Part shown: positions 8,311-17,100 of the stretch, in pieces
Position numbering within the stretch: position 1 is the first letter of the stretch
How the letters are laid out: each line of letters starts with the position of its first letter
Virus record (IMG/VR): IMGVR_UViG_3300005573_001595
Location: 1 to 29,442 of that record
Strand: one strand, 5' to 3'
Source of the DNA: a virus
Length of the DNA: 29,442 bases
Made by a program: the position numbers and the translations under genes
The notes under the pieces: model-generated
Databases searched by the model: none
Told to the model about the DNA's origin: nothing
What the model saw: the letters and a program-made list of their open reading frames with translations, nothing else

Positions 8311-9537
8311 ATGAGTAACGTCTTCAAGAAAATCCGTGAGGTGCTCTCTTATGCGCCTGCTGGGGGTGCGGCGTCCCCAACTGGTAGAGTATTTTACGAT
8401 ACCTCAAATATCCCCTTAGCAAAAGTTATGGAGCTCTACGACCGCGATCCAACCTGTAAGAGTAGTGTGGATCTCTTGGCGGCTAGCACGGTTGGTATGG
8501 GCTTCTATACTACCATGGACGAAAAATATGAGAAGGCAAAGGAAGCCAAAGCAGCCGTTGATAGCTTTTGCGAAGACGTTAACTTGGATGGCTTGCTAAA
8601 TGATATGGCTAAGCCGTTGATTGGCTGCGGGAACGATTTCTGGCTCAAATTAACACCCGATAAACTGACGGATACCGTGCGTATGCCCATAGATGCGGTC
8701 CAACGTATCGGGTTAAGCAGTGTTTCTGGCCTGAAGCTTCCCTACAAAGTTACTGATTATCAGCTCAAAAGCATCTACGCTGGCAACGTTGGAAACGGAC
8801 TTAAACCTGAAGCTGTTATCCATTGGCGTCTAAGCAGCGACATCCCGTCAGGTTTTGGTGTTGGTTTGCTGCAGGTGCTCTTGCATACATTGCAGGTTGA
8901 CTCGGATGATAAGAGGCGTCCAGCTGTTGCTTATATGAAGGCCAAGATTGAGCGGATTATGCCTAAGATTTTTGAGAAGTATGCGGGTCCTGACGTTTTG
9001 GCGATGCTTGAGGGCACGGATTTGGAAACTTGCAAGACCTTTGAGCAGGCTATTAAGAATCGTGGGGAAGAGGGCGCTTGGCTGTTCTACAACAAAAAAA
9101 TCGACGTTAAGCCTGTGACGATTGACCCGCGGGCGCAGGGTTTTGTTTACTACATCGACCATATTATTAATCAGTTTTATTTGGGCTGTGAGACGCCGTT
9201 GCCTCGGCTTTTTAGCACTCCAGGCTTCACGGAAGCTAGTGCAAGAGCAGCGTTGGATTTGCAGGATATGCTCATTAAACCGATTCAACGGTATGTGAAG
9301 CGGCAGGTGGAGCGGGAGATTTTCTCGCCTATTGTTGCTCAGGCTGGGTTTGATGCTGCTAAGGCTAAGGTGCGGTTGAATTTTGGTAGTCCTGAAACGC
9401 CCGAGTTGGCTGCCGCTGATTTGATTAAGGCTGCGGAGAGTGGTTTGATTCGCCCAGAAGAATTTCGTAAGAACGCGGTTAAGTTTGGCTGGGAACTTTG
9501 GGATACGAAGTCGCAGTCGGTATCTTCAGATGCTTAG
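8311..9537 (+). CDS. Portal protein
   Basis: 408 aa; YDRDPTCKSSVDLLA..TVGMG, PEAVIHWR...GFGVGLL, PLPRL and IKPIQRYVKRQVE are portal-like motifs; SD GAGGT upstream. Confidence 0.85.
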   Translation: MSNVFKKIREVLSYAPAGGAASPTGRVFYDTSNIPLAKVMELYDRDPTCKSSVDLLAASTVGMGFYTTMDEKYEKAKEAKAAVDSFCEDVNLDGLLNDMAKPLIGCGNDFWLKLTPDKLTDTVRMPIDAVQRIGLSSVSGLKLPYKVTDYQLKSIYAGNVGNGLKPEAVIHWRLSSDIPSGFGVGLLQVLLHTLQVDSDDKRRPAVAYMKAKIERIMPKIFEKYAGPDVLAMLEGTDLETCKTFEQAIKNRGEEGAWLFYNKKIDVKPVTIDPRAQGFVYYIDHIINQFYLGCETPLPRLFSTPGFTEASARAALDLQDMLIKPIQRYVKRQVEREIFSPIVAQAGFDAAKAKVRLNFGSPETPELAAADLIKAAESGLIRPEEFRKNAVKFGWELWDTKSQSVSSDA

Positions 9538-9551
9538 CTGGGGTTTTGGGC

Positions 9552-9572
9552 TTATAGGTTAAGTCTTTTATG
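9552..9572 (+). repeat. 21-bp direct repeat, copy 1 (TTATAGGTTAAGTCTTTTATG)
   Basis: Exact match to 10098-10118. Confidence 0.9.
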
Positions 9573-9675
9573 CGGTTTGTTGCCTAACACTTGGTTATAG
9601 GGTTTTTTTGGAAAAGCTATTTTAGGCATAATTCGACTTAATGGCTGTATTGTTTGTTAGTAGCGAGGGCTAACT

Positions 9676-10077
9676 TTGCAGAAACAAGAAGAAAAAAAGT
9701 TAGAACTGCTAAATAAGAATAATCAACCAATTCAACAGTTGCTTCATTCCTCAAACCAGAATTTACCTTCGCAACAGATTAAGAAATATCATCAATATCG
9801 ACGTTTTAGGTTTCAACTTGCTAAAATTCGCTTTCAAATGTCCATGCTTGTAGTTGCATTTTGCGTTGCGGGTTATGTTGGGGTCCGTTATTGGATTTCG
9901 GTAGCGATACCTGTTGGATCAATGTCAAGTTATGCTTCACCGTTTTGGGGTAGCTTTCCTCCAGATTTTGGCGCACAAGTTGGTGCAATAGTCCTCTTTG
10001 GGCTTTTATGCATGTTTTTGCTTGGAAGGATTAATCCAGATATTGCAAGAAAAATGAGACAAACAGAACATAGTTAA
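9676..10077 (+). CDS. Hypothetical two-TM membrane protein (moron)
   Basis: AT-rich; hydrophobic stretches MSMLVVAFCVAGYVGV and VGAIVLFGLLCMFLLG; flanked by direct repeats. Confidence 0.55.
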   Translation: MQKQEEKKLELLNKNNQPIQQLLHSSNQNLPSQQIKKYHQYRRFRFQLAKIRFQMSMLVVAFCVAGYVGVRYWISVAIPVGSMSSYASPFWGSFPPDFGAQVGAIVLFGLLCMFLLGRINPDIARKMRQTEHS

Positions 10078-10097
10078 CTTTACTGTTGTTAGCGTTG

Positions 10098-10118
10098 TTA
10101 TAGGTTAAGTCTTTTATG
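10098..10118 (+). repeat. 21-bp direct repeat, copy 2
   Basis: Exact match to 9552-9572. Confidence 0.9.
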
Positions 10119-10169
10119 TGATTTATTGGAAAATTGGCTAGTGCATATTGCGTCCTGAGGTTTAGTCGG

Positions 10170-10493
10170 TTGGTTGATTACTGCACTGTGGCTAATGTGA
10201 AGGTTGTTTTGCGGATTGAGTCAGCAGTAACTACCGAGGATGATGAATTGATGGATTGTATTCGTGATGCCGCTGTTAAGGTGGATAACATTTTGAGGGC
10301 TGCTGGTTTAGCGGTTCCTTCTGAGGTGCCTGATGCGGTGGGGATTGCGGCTAAGAATTTTGCTGCTTGGCTGTATAGGCGTCGCCGTGACCCTGTTGGT
10401 TCGCAGGTGTTTTATGACGATGCAAAGGAGGCGCTGCAGGATTATGTTAACGCTGAAAGGGCTGTTGATGTGCCCTATGTGGGGGTGGCTTAG
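10170..10493 (+). CDS. Head-tail adaptor/connector (gp6/gp15-like)
   Basis: YCTVANVK...helical ~107-aa protein with AAWLYRRR. TTG at 10170 follows GAGG; the track start is 10134. Confidence 0.7.
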   Translation: MVDYCTVANVKVVLRIESAVTTEDDELMDCIRDAAVKVDNILRAAGLAVPSEVPDAVGIAAKNFAAWLYRRRRDPVGSQVFYDDAKEALQDYVNAERAVDVPYVGVA

Positions 10494-11852
10494 GTGACGT
10501 TGCAGACTTTGGTTTATCATGTCAGCGAAAAGACATCTCCCGAATTTACAGTTCATATTCCAAGCGTACAGGAAGTTTACCGGCAGATTCTAGTCGCCAA
10601 CGACGGGAAGGTGCCCAGTGTGGTTTTGCTTCCTGAGTATAATGCTCATGTGAGTTGGGCTGATGAGGCTGCTTGGATAGTGGCTAATTTCACGGGTATC
10701 CCTGTTATGGTTGATTGTGCGGGTGGGTGGGATACTGCACAGTATGTGACGCCTGAACGGTTGGCGGCTTTGATTACAGCGGGTGTTCAGGTCCAGTGGA
10801 TTCGTATTGCAGAGCTCGTGAGTTATTATGAGGAGTGGCTGCACGAGCCGTTCCCGGATGCTTACGTTTTGAGCTTATTGCAGTTCTGCCGGGATAACAA
10901 CATCAAAGTTTACTTTTGCGAGTGGAAGATTGCCGCCTTCGATAAGGTTCTGCAAGTAATCGCTGGATACGAAGACATTGTCACGGTTGGGTTTAAAACT
11001 AATTCGGGCGACATGGAGCCGGCTGCGGCTTTCAAGTATCTGGTTGACAAGCTAAGAGCATCTTCTCCGTACCCTGAGCATTGGGGCGCTACTGTTGAGA
11101 CTTGGTATTGGGAAACACGGCATCGCGGGGTATTCGCGCATCCGGAAGCTAGCGTTTTTGAACCTAACAACATGCCTGTCTCTTACATGGTCTGTCATGC
11201 CCAAGAAGCAGTCAATATGCCTACGGTTTGGTACAGTGGTGCAGAGCTGCTGCAGTTTGAGGCGTATTGGTGGTTTTTTGAACATACCACTGGAAAAGCA
11301 CGTGAAAGCCTAAAGACTGTCCACCAGTTCTTGAATTCCCAAGTTGCCACAGCTCCAAATAGCACAGTTATCTTGGAAACGCTTAAGGCTGAGTGGATTG
11401 GCGGTCCCGCTAAATCTGAGATTGCTTGGCTAGATGGCAGGGCTTCGGCAATTTCAGAATTTGACATTCAGCCTTCTAAATTTGATTTTAAGAGTATGCC
11501 TCAGAAGTATGCGGTTAGCTGTTACAGCGTTGGTGAGAGCGGAAACCGATGGCTGCGCACTGAAACGGTGGCGGTTGAGGTTTTGGTTAAGGTACTTGGG
11601 ACTTCTCTGCAGAAAGCTTGTTTTGAGCGCGACCGTATTCGAGTTGAGGTTGAGAGAATCCTATTTCTCTATAGCAGGCTGGGGCCTCTTTGGGATCCTG
11701 GCACTGGCATTATGCATCGACGGGTAGTGCCCGGCTTGGTTGATATATCGGTTCCTCAGACAACAAACAAGGTTGATGATGCGACTTTTGCGCGGGTCAC
11801 TGTGCAGGTTCGCTGTCAATATCTGCCTAGAAAGTTGTGGGTGGCAAAGTAA
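10494..11852 (+). CDS. Two-domain protein: putative alpha/beta (glycoside-hydrolase-like) N-terminus plus tail-terminator-like C-terminus
   Basis: Sits between adaptor and tail tube. The last ~165 aa show a terminator-like alpha/beta pattern (ETVAVEVLV...RDRIRVEVERIL...RVTVQVRCQY); the first ~285 aa have alternating beta/alpha units rich in W/E/D. Confidence 0.5.
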   Translation: MTLQTLVYHVSEKTSPEFTVHIPSVQEVYRQILVANDGKVPSVVLLPEYNAHVSWADEAAWIVANFTGIPVMVDCAGGWDTAQYVTPERLAALITAGVQVQWIRIAELVSYYEEWLHEPFPDAYVLSLLQFCRDNNIKVYFCEWKIAAFDKVLQVIAGYEDIVTVGFKTNSGDMEPAAAFKYLVDKLRASSPYPEHWGATVETWYWETRHRGVFAHPEASVFEPNNMPVSYMVCHAQEAVNMPTVWYSGAELLQFEAYWWFFEHTTGKARESLKTVHQFLNSQVATAPNSTVILETLKAEWIGGPAKSEIAWLDGRASAISEFDIQPSKFDFKSMPQKYAVSCYSVGESGNRWLRTETVAVEVLVKVLGTSLQKACFERDRIRVEVERILFLYSRLGPLWDPGTGIMHRRVVPGLVDISVPQTTNKVDDATFARVTVQVRCQYLPRKLWVAK

Positions 11853-11905
11853 TGGAGAAATCATGTATGAAAAAAATTAATATTCCGATAATGGAGGGGT
11901 TTTAG

Positions 11906-12763
11906 ATGCCTGTTTATCCAGGCGCTGGCTCAAAATTCAACTATATTTTAGAGTCTTACTTAGGTGCTCCGCTTCCCCCAAATCCGCCGTTCAAGACTAT
12001 TATCGCCGATGACATTGTTCCAGATGTTGATCCTGCGCTGGTTAAGATTCGGGGATGTGGCACGCGTGATCTGGTGGCGTTAAAGCGTGGTTTGCTTAAG
12101 GCTGGGTTAAAGATAGCTTATCCGTTGCCGTCTGATGACATCATGAATTTTGTTCATCATGTCGTAGATTGCTTTGCTCTTACCATATCAGTTCTTGATG
12201 AAGGACCTGATGAGCTAGTGGATTTGCTCTATACTGGCAGCCGCATTGACAAGGCCACTATTTCCTGTTCAATAGAAGATGTGTTGCGTGCTGAGTGTGA
12301 TTTGATTTCGCAGGATGTTACCGGTGCATCTGCTAAGCCTGCTGGGGCGACTTATCAATTGCTGGGCGGCGCGGTGTCATGGGCTGATGTCCAAGTATTC
12401 AAGGGTAATGCTGACGGGTCTAATTTGCAGCCTTTTGAAGTAGCGACTGACTGGAAATTTACTATCGCTAATAATATCAAGCGTATTGGGGTTATGCGTG
12501 CAACAAACCCAACTAAACCCAAATATATTACGCCTTGTCAGAGGGATCTCTTTGGCGAACTAACTTGTACATTTGAGAATAAGGATCAGTATTATGCTGC
12601 GGCGGATGGGGCTTTTAGCTTAAAGTTCGATCTTAGCGCTGGAAAATATTTCCTATTCAAGGATTGTCAGTGGGATAAAGTGAGTTCTACTCGTCGTCCA
12701 GACGATGTTGCCGATCTTAAACTTTCCTTCACCGCTCAATCCTTCTCTGATAGTGAGGCTTAA
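11906..12763 (+). CDS. Tail tube (major tail) protein
   Basis: 285 aa, beta-rich, with an internal duplicated-barrel pattern; upstream of the chaperone; SD GGAGG. Confidence 0.8.
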   Translation: MPVYPGAGSKFNYILESYLGAPLPPNPPFKTIIADDIVPDVDPALVKIRGCGTRDLVALKRGLLKAGLKIAYPLPSDDIMNFVHHVVDCFALTISVLDEGPDELVDLLYTGSRIDKATISCSIEDVLRAECDLISQDVTGASAKPAGATYQLLGGAVSWADVQVFKGNADGSNLQPFEVATDWKFTIANNIKRIGVMRATNPTKPKYITPCQRDLFGELTCTFENKDQYYAAADGAFSLKFDLSAGKYFLFKDCQWDKVSSTRRPDDVADLKLSFTAQSFSDSEA

Positions 12764-12765
12764 AA

Positions 12766-13227
12766 ATGAAAAGCGAAACTCTGAGTCTTGACAATCGTTT
12801 CGGTGAAGAATTCGCCGGCAAATACGTCTTTAAAGAGATCACTTGGGCTAAGCGTAGTCGTATCATCCAGAAATACACTAAGTACAACAACGTCACTGGC
12901 GACGTGCTGAGTAGCGATTATGTTTCCATCCAAGCTGAAACTATAATGGCTAGTCTGCATGGCCAACCTGAGAAACATCCCATTACTCTTGAGCGGCTTC
13001 TCTCTGAAGACTCTGAAAAAGGCTTACCCTATGACTTAGTTGATTTATTAGCGCAGGTTGCAGGGCGAGTATGTTCTTTAACTATGGAGGAAACAGCTTT
13101 TTTATCAAATGCATCCGACGGCAAAAACCCCACCCCGTCGTCACCGACTTTAGGCTCTGCAAAGAATTCGGTTGGACCCCCACAGAACTTGCCAAGCAGC
13201 CCGCCAGAGCCATTCATCAATACATAG
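12766..13227 (+). CDS. Tail assembly chaperone (G)
   Basis: Between tail tube and tape measure; contains the slippery site T TTT TTA. Confidence 0.8.
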   Translation: MKSETLSLDNRFGEEFAGKYVFKEITWAKRSRIIQKYTKYNNVTGDVLSSDYVSIQAETIMASLHGQPEKHPITLERLLSEDSEKGLPYDLVDLLAQVAGRVCSLTMEETAFLSNASDGKNPTPSSPTLGSAKNSVGPPQNLPSSPPEPFINT

Positions 13228-13292
13228 TAATCCTCAATGAGTTAGATCGTCAGGCTGAGGAAGAAAAGAAAAATGCAGAGAGGCGCAGGTAA
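13098..13292 (+). CDS. Tail assembly chaperone -1 frameshift extension (GT)
   Basis: T_TTT_TTA at 13098-13104 in the G frame; the -1 frame reads ..IKCIRRQKPHPVVTDFRLCKEFGWTPTEL.. Confidence 0.8.
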   Translation, partial: FFIKCIRRQKPHPVVTDFRLCKEFGWTPTELAKQPARAIHQYIVILNELDRQAEEEKKNAERRR

Positions 13293-13295
13293 ACG

Positions 13296-13661
13296 GTGGA
13301 AGTAGCATGTGACGTCGATGGAGTAGTTGAATTTCAGGATGCTATGCTTAGGCTTGATTCTGCCCTTCAAGATCAAGTTTACCGCTATTTGGCTAGTTGG
13401 GCTGCTGATGTTAAGGCGTTGGCGATGCAGCTTGTGCCAGTAAAATCAGGGCGTCTGCGAAGCAGTATTTATGCGGTAGTTAAGGACTGGGTCGTTAACA
13501 TTGGCGCCGATGCAACCTATGCCTATTTTGTTGAAGCAGGCACAAAATTTATGGCAGCTAGGCCTTATCTGTTCCCAGCGATCCAGCAATACCTGCCCCA
13601 GCTTGAGCAGCTAATCATCGCAGCAATCGAAGCGGCTAAACAGGAGGCTGGGCTTGCTTGA
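13296..13661 (+). CDS. HK97 gp10-like neck/tail-completion protein
   Basis: PVKSGRLRSSI...YAYFVEAGT...ARPYLFPA is the family pattern. Confidence 0.85.
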   Translation: MEVACDVDGVVEFQDAMLRLDSALQDQVYRYLASWAADVKALAMQLVPVKSGRLRSSIYAVVKDWVVNIGADATYAYFVEAGTKFMAARPYLFPAIQQYLPQLEQLIIAAIEAAKQEAGLA

Positions 13662-14338
13662 GTCTACGTGACATAAGCATTGCCGTCAGAGCTGAGAACC
13701 GAGCGTCATCGGTTTTTCGATCCATATCTTCTGATGTTATTAATTTGGGTGTTTCTTTTGGGGCTTTGGATTCGTCAACTGGGCGAGCTGTAATGCAGGT
13801 GTTTACAGTCGTTCGGCTCATGACTAGTCTTAAAGCTATTTTAGCAACTACAACTGCTGCTCAGACTGCTCATAATGTGGCTGTTGGAGCTGGGGCTGGG
13901 GTTCAGTCTACTTTAGCGGTTTCCACTGCTGGCGCCATGTCTGCTCAAGTGGCTCAGAACACTGCAACTCAAGCAGGCATCGTTTCCCAGACTTTGCATG
14001 CTATCCGATTAGGCATTACTTCAGCTGCCCATGCAGTTTATTCGGCTGCTTGTTGGGCTGCGACTACAGCGGCTAACGCCTTAAACATCAGTACTGCGAC
14101 GTTTTTGGCTTTGACGGGTGTCGGAATCGCTGTCATTGCGGCTGCCGCTGCGGCTGTATGGAGTTTTGCTAATAGCATGAATGCTGCCTCATCGAGCGTA
14201 CAGAAATTCAATAGTGTTAGTGTTGATACGCCTTCTCGGATGCGAAGTATCCAACGTTCGGGGGAAAGCGTTCAGCAAAATAGCTCTGGTGTTGATAATG
14301 CTACTATGTGGCGGCGTGGGGTAGAGGGTATCCCTTGA
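13658..14338 (+). CDS. Short tape measure-like protein
   Basis: N-terminus ISIAVRAENRASSVF typical of TMPs; Ala/Thr-rich helical body; expected position. Confidence 0.65.
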   Translation: MSLRDISIAVRAENRASSVFRSISSDVINLGVSFGALDSSTGRAVMQVFTVVRLMTSLKAILATTTAAQTAHNVAVGAGAGVQSTLAVSTAGAMSAQVAQNTATQAGIVSQTLHAIRLGITSAAHAVYSAACWAATTAANALNISTATFLALTGVGIAVIAAAAAAVWSFANSMNAASSSVQKFNSVSVDTPSRMRSIQRSGESVQQNSSGVDNATMWRRGVEGIP

Positions 14339-16506
14339 CAGTCTTTACTATTCATTGTCAGGACCAGTATGGTAATCCTGTTGCTGGTGCAACCGTTTCT
14401 ATTCTTGAATATGGGACAATGGATGCGGGTACGACCGACGCAAACGGGGACTATGTAACTATTGACTTAGCCTTTCCTACACCATTCTTTCAAAGTCAGT
14501 ATTATGAAGTAGTCGTTTATTACTGGGCTGCAACAAATCAGCCGACAACTTTAATCGCATGGGATACGCCTCAACCTGTCATTTTAGTTTTGAATTTGTA
14601 TGAGGGGCAGGGTCAAGAGGGCGGTTTAGGCTCCAAAACCTTAACCATAAATGCTAATCCAGCCGAATGCAACCATATTATCGCTATTAACGTGGGGCAG
14701 CAAACCTCTGAAGTCTTTGTTAATTTCCCTGCGGCATTCCATTTTAATCCCGAGGACCAGATCAGTTTAGAGGCTTTTCCCCAGTCTGGCTATCAATTTG
14801 ATGATTGGGGTGGTGGAAACAATGCTAACCCCTACTATTGGTATCCGGGAGATGATGCTTCTATTTCGGCAAGGTTTCATTGGGTCGGTTTGCCGCCTAC
14901 TAACACGGAGCAAGTTATCAATGTTCCTAAGCCGATTGTTGTTTTTGGTAACGTCTTTGTGCCTGAAACAGATATTGTTGAATGTAAGGTTCATTTGGGG
15001 GCTACTAAGGAAGTTAGCAGTTTTGAAGTTACTGTGCAGAATTGGGGTAAAAAGTATAGTCCAAATGGTTGGCTACCGATTCAGGTGGGTGCAACAGGCG
15101 GAATTGGAATATGCCGTATACCAAATAACCCTAATGTTTTGCCGTTGATTTCATTGAAGGTTGAAAATATCAAGTACAATTCGAACCCTGTGGAGTCATA
15201 TTGTGTTGTTAGTGGTCGCTGCTGGGGTGAGCGACTGTTTGCGAAAAAAGTAACTAAAAAATACGTGAATCAAAAAGGGGAAGCTATCGTTAAGGACTTG
15301 CTCGATAGCTATATTGGTTTGAGTCATATCCGTAACGGTGTGGAGTTAGTTGAGAACACTGATACAACTTATACTTTGTTGGATTATGAGGATACGTCTG
15401 TTTTTGATATTCTGACCTATATTGCTCAAACCGCCGACAAAAATGGTGTAATCGGCTTTGATTTCAGAGTTGCCCCCGATGGTAAATTTGAGTTTTTCCC
15501 AAAAAACAGTAAAACCTCGCTTGTGAATTTGACTGAGGCTCTTGAATCCAGCGAATATCAAAAAGACATCACGGCTGTCCGTAATAAAGTCACAATTTAT
15601 GGCGCGGCAGAAAAATGCTATCCTGTTAATCAGGATGATTGGACTACAATTATTCATCCTGCCGATGGGGATTGGACAGCTGTAATCGGCGAAGTTGCCC
15701 AGGATAACACTAAAGCAGTCAAAGGAGCCGGATCCATAAAATGCCATGTTGTCAATAATTATGCCGGTAGCATAAGGTTTACGCTTTATGCGGGCAAAGA
15801 GATGAATGGAAATCTCTATCCGGAATTGATTTTTTGGGGTTGGATGCAAAATACCTTCAGAGGTCTTTTCAATGTTGCCCTTATTGATTCTGCAGGGAAA
15901 ATTGCGGGAAAAGCGGTTAATGTAGGCGCTGATGAAGATTGGCATCAGGTAAAAGTCAGCGTAGGTGAAAAGAACGCTGATGACTGGTCAATTAACAATG
16001 GTTTTGATTGGATGCATATCAAAGTGATCCAGTTTAGTGCACCTTTTAATGGAGTTGGCTCGGGTGATTTCTGGATTGATAGCTTGTATTTTGGTGGGCG
16101 CCGTTTTATGGCAATTGAAGAAGATACGGCTAGCCAGAACACTTATGGTTTGCGTGAATATACCGATACCGACGATGAACTCTATAGTGATTTTGAATGT
16201 AGTTTGAGAGCCAAAGCGGTTCTTGCTAACCTGAAAGCTCCTGCTGAAATTTTGACTATCAATAGTACAGTTATCGATTATGGTACATCTGTGATTTTGG
16301 CAGGTGATAAGATTCATGTTCAGTTGCCTAATGAGAATATTGACGAGGATTTTCGGGTGGTTAGCGCCGAGTACACGGTGGATGGGGTAACTCAGGAGCT
16401 TTCGATCAAGTTGGAGCTTGGTCGTGAGGCACCGCTGCTGGCGGATTATGTGTATGCGTTGCGTTCGAAGGTGGACAAGGTTAACAGGGTTAAGGTTGCG
16501 AAGTGA
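14335..16506 (+). CDS. Baseplate hub/Tal-like tail-tip protein with N-terminal Ig-like domains and an inserted carbohydrate-binding-like module
   Basis: QDQYGNPVAGATVSI (carboxypeptidase-regulatory/Ig-like), EAFPQSGYQFDDWGG (InlB-repeat-like), hub motifs (GFDFRVAPDGKFEFF, VRNKVTIYG, ILAGDKIHV), W-rich insert ending DFWIDSLYF. TTG overlaps the TMP stop. Confidence 0.75.
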   Translation: MTVFTIHCQDQYGNPVAGATVSILEYGTMDAGTTDANGDYVTIDLAFPTPFFQSQYYEVVVYYWAATNQPTTLIAWDTPQPVILVLNLYEGQGQEGGLGSKTLTINANPAECNHIIAINVGQQTSEVFVNFPAAFHFNPEDQISLEAFPQSGYQFDDWGGGNNANPYYWYPGDDASISARFHWVGLPPTNTEQVINVPKPIVVFGNVFVPETDIVECKVHLGATKEVSSFEVTVQNWGKKYSPNGWLPIQVGATGGIGICRIPNNPNVLPLISLKVENIKYNSNPVESYCVVSGRCWGERLFAKKVTKKYVNQKGEAIVKDLLDSYIGLSHIRNGVELVENTDTTYTLLDYEDTSVFDILTYIAQTADKNGVIGFDFRVAPDGKFEFFPKNSKTSLVNLTEALESSEYQKDITAVRNKVTIYGAAEKCYPVNQDDWTTIIHPADGDWTAVIGEVAQDNTKAVKGAGSIKCHVVNNYAGSIRFTLYAGKEMNGNLYPELIFWGWMQNTFRGLFNVALIDSAGKIAGKAVNVGADEDWHQVKVSVGEKNADDWSINNGFDWMHIKVIQFSAPFNGVGSGDFWIDSLYFGGRRFMAIEEDTASQNTYGLREYTDTDDELYSDFECSLRAKAVLANLKAPAEILTINSTVIDYGTSVILAGDKIHVQLPNENIDEDFRVVSAEYTVDGVTQELSIKLELGREAPLLADYVYALRSKVDKVNRVKVAK

Positions 16507-16700
16507 CGAGGCTGTAGATAAGACGCATGACGAGGATGCCACAAGACTTGCTAAGCTAATTGACGAATATAATTATGTATTTTAAACTAAGGGGCTTTTT
16601 TTAGGGTGATACTATAGAATATTGGGAAAGTTCCCATTCTTAAGTTTGAGCATAGACCAATAAGAGAGCTTGCCTGGTTCTATTTTTAAAATGCTTCTTC

Positions 16701-17021
16701 TTAGTGGAGTTCCCTTCTTTTTGGGTCGATGGTTGCGGAGATGTCAAAGCGTATCCGTTCCAAGTCGCCTTCTGTGAGCAGGTCCTCTTTTGTGCGTTCA
16801 GTAATGGCATCTTCTGCCATGTCCATGAGGAGGCATTCGCAGACTACACAGCGGTAAATGCCTTTTAATTCGTCTCGGAACAGCTTGGTTTTTGCCTCAA
16901 CCATAACGGCATCGTCTCTGTTGGTGGCTAATCTGGGGATTTCAGGGCTTAATTTTTCAAGAAGAGCTTTTACTTCTTGCTCGGTTCTACGGCATATCCA
17001 GCATTCCTTTTCCTTACTCAT
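16701..17021 (-). CDS. Hypothetical Zn-binding protein
   Basis: CWIC and CVVC pairs; GGTGG SD upstream of ATG 17021. Confidence 0.65.
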   Translation of the reverse strand: MSKEKECWICRRTEQEVKALLEKLSPEIPRLATNRDDAVMVEAKTKLFRDELKGIYRCVVCECLLMDMAEDAITERTKEDLLTEGDLERIRFDISATIDPKRRELH

Positions 17022-17100
17022 CAGGTATCCACCTATCTGCACAGTATTTTTGTTTTTCTTTATTTCTTTTTGGCAACTAAAGGGTTCTCGCGAAGATTAA

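Larger units (their letters stand above)
1..16506 (+). mobile_element. Head-tail archaeal (pro)virus packaging and morphogenesis module
   Basis: Co-oriented, tightly spaced terminase, MCP, portal, tail tube, frameshifted chaperone, tape measure and hub genes. No integrase or att site seen, so the provirus limits are unknown. Confidence 0.92.

Noticed and set aside
1-16506. Avoidance of CCGG or TCGA sites as evidence for the nuclease specificities
   Set aside because: Both words occur repeatedly in the viral module by inspection. No depletion is evident, and no formal count was done.
102-16542. Many minus-strand and alternate-frame ORFs in the track (e.g. 848-1426, 2508-2912, 7567-7953, 8848-9288, 15346-15945, 15988-16542)
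   Set aside because: They lie fully in the shadow of well-supported plus-strand viral genes and show no recognisable motifs.
16507-16545. Short repeat TGACGAGG (two copies) after the last tail gene as an att site
   Set aside because: Only 8 bp, adjacent copies, no partner elsewhere and no integrase in the window.
16858-17100. Plus-strand 80-aa ORF
   Set aside because: Antisense shadow of the Zn-binding gene at 16701-17021.
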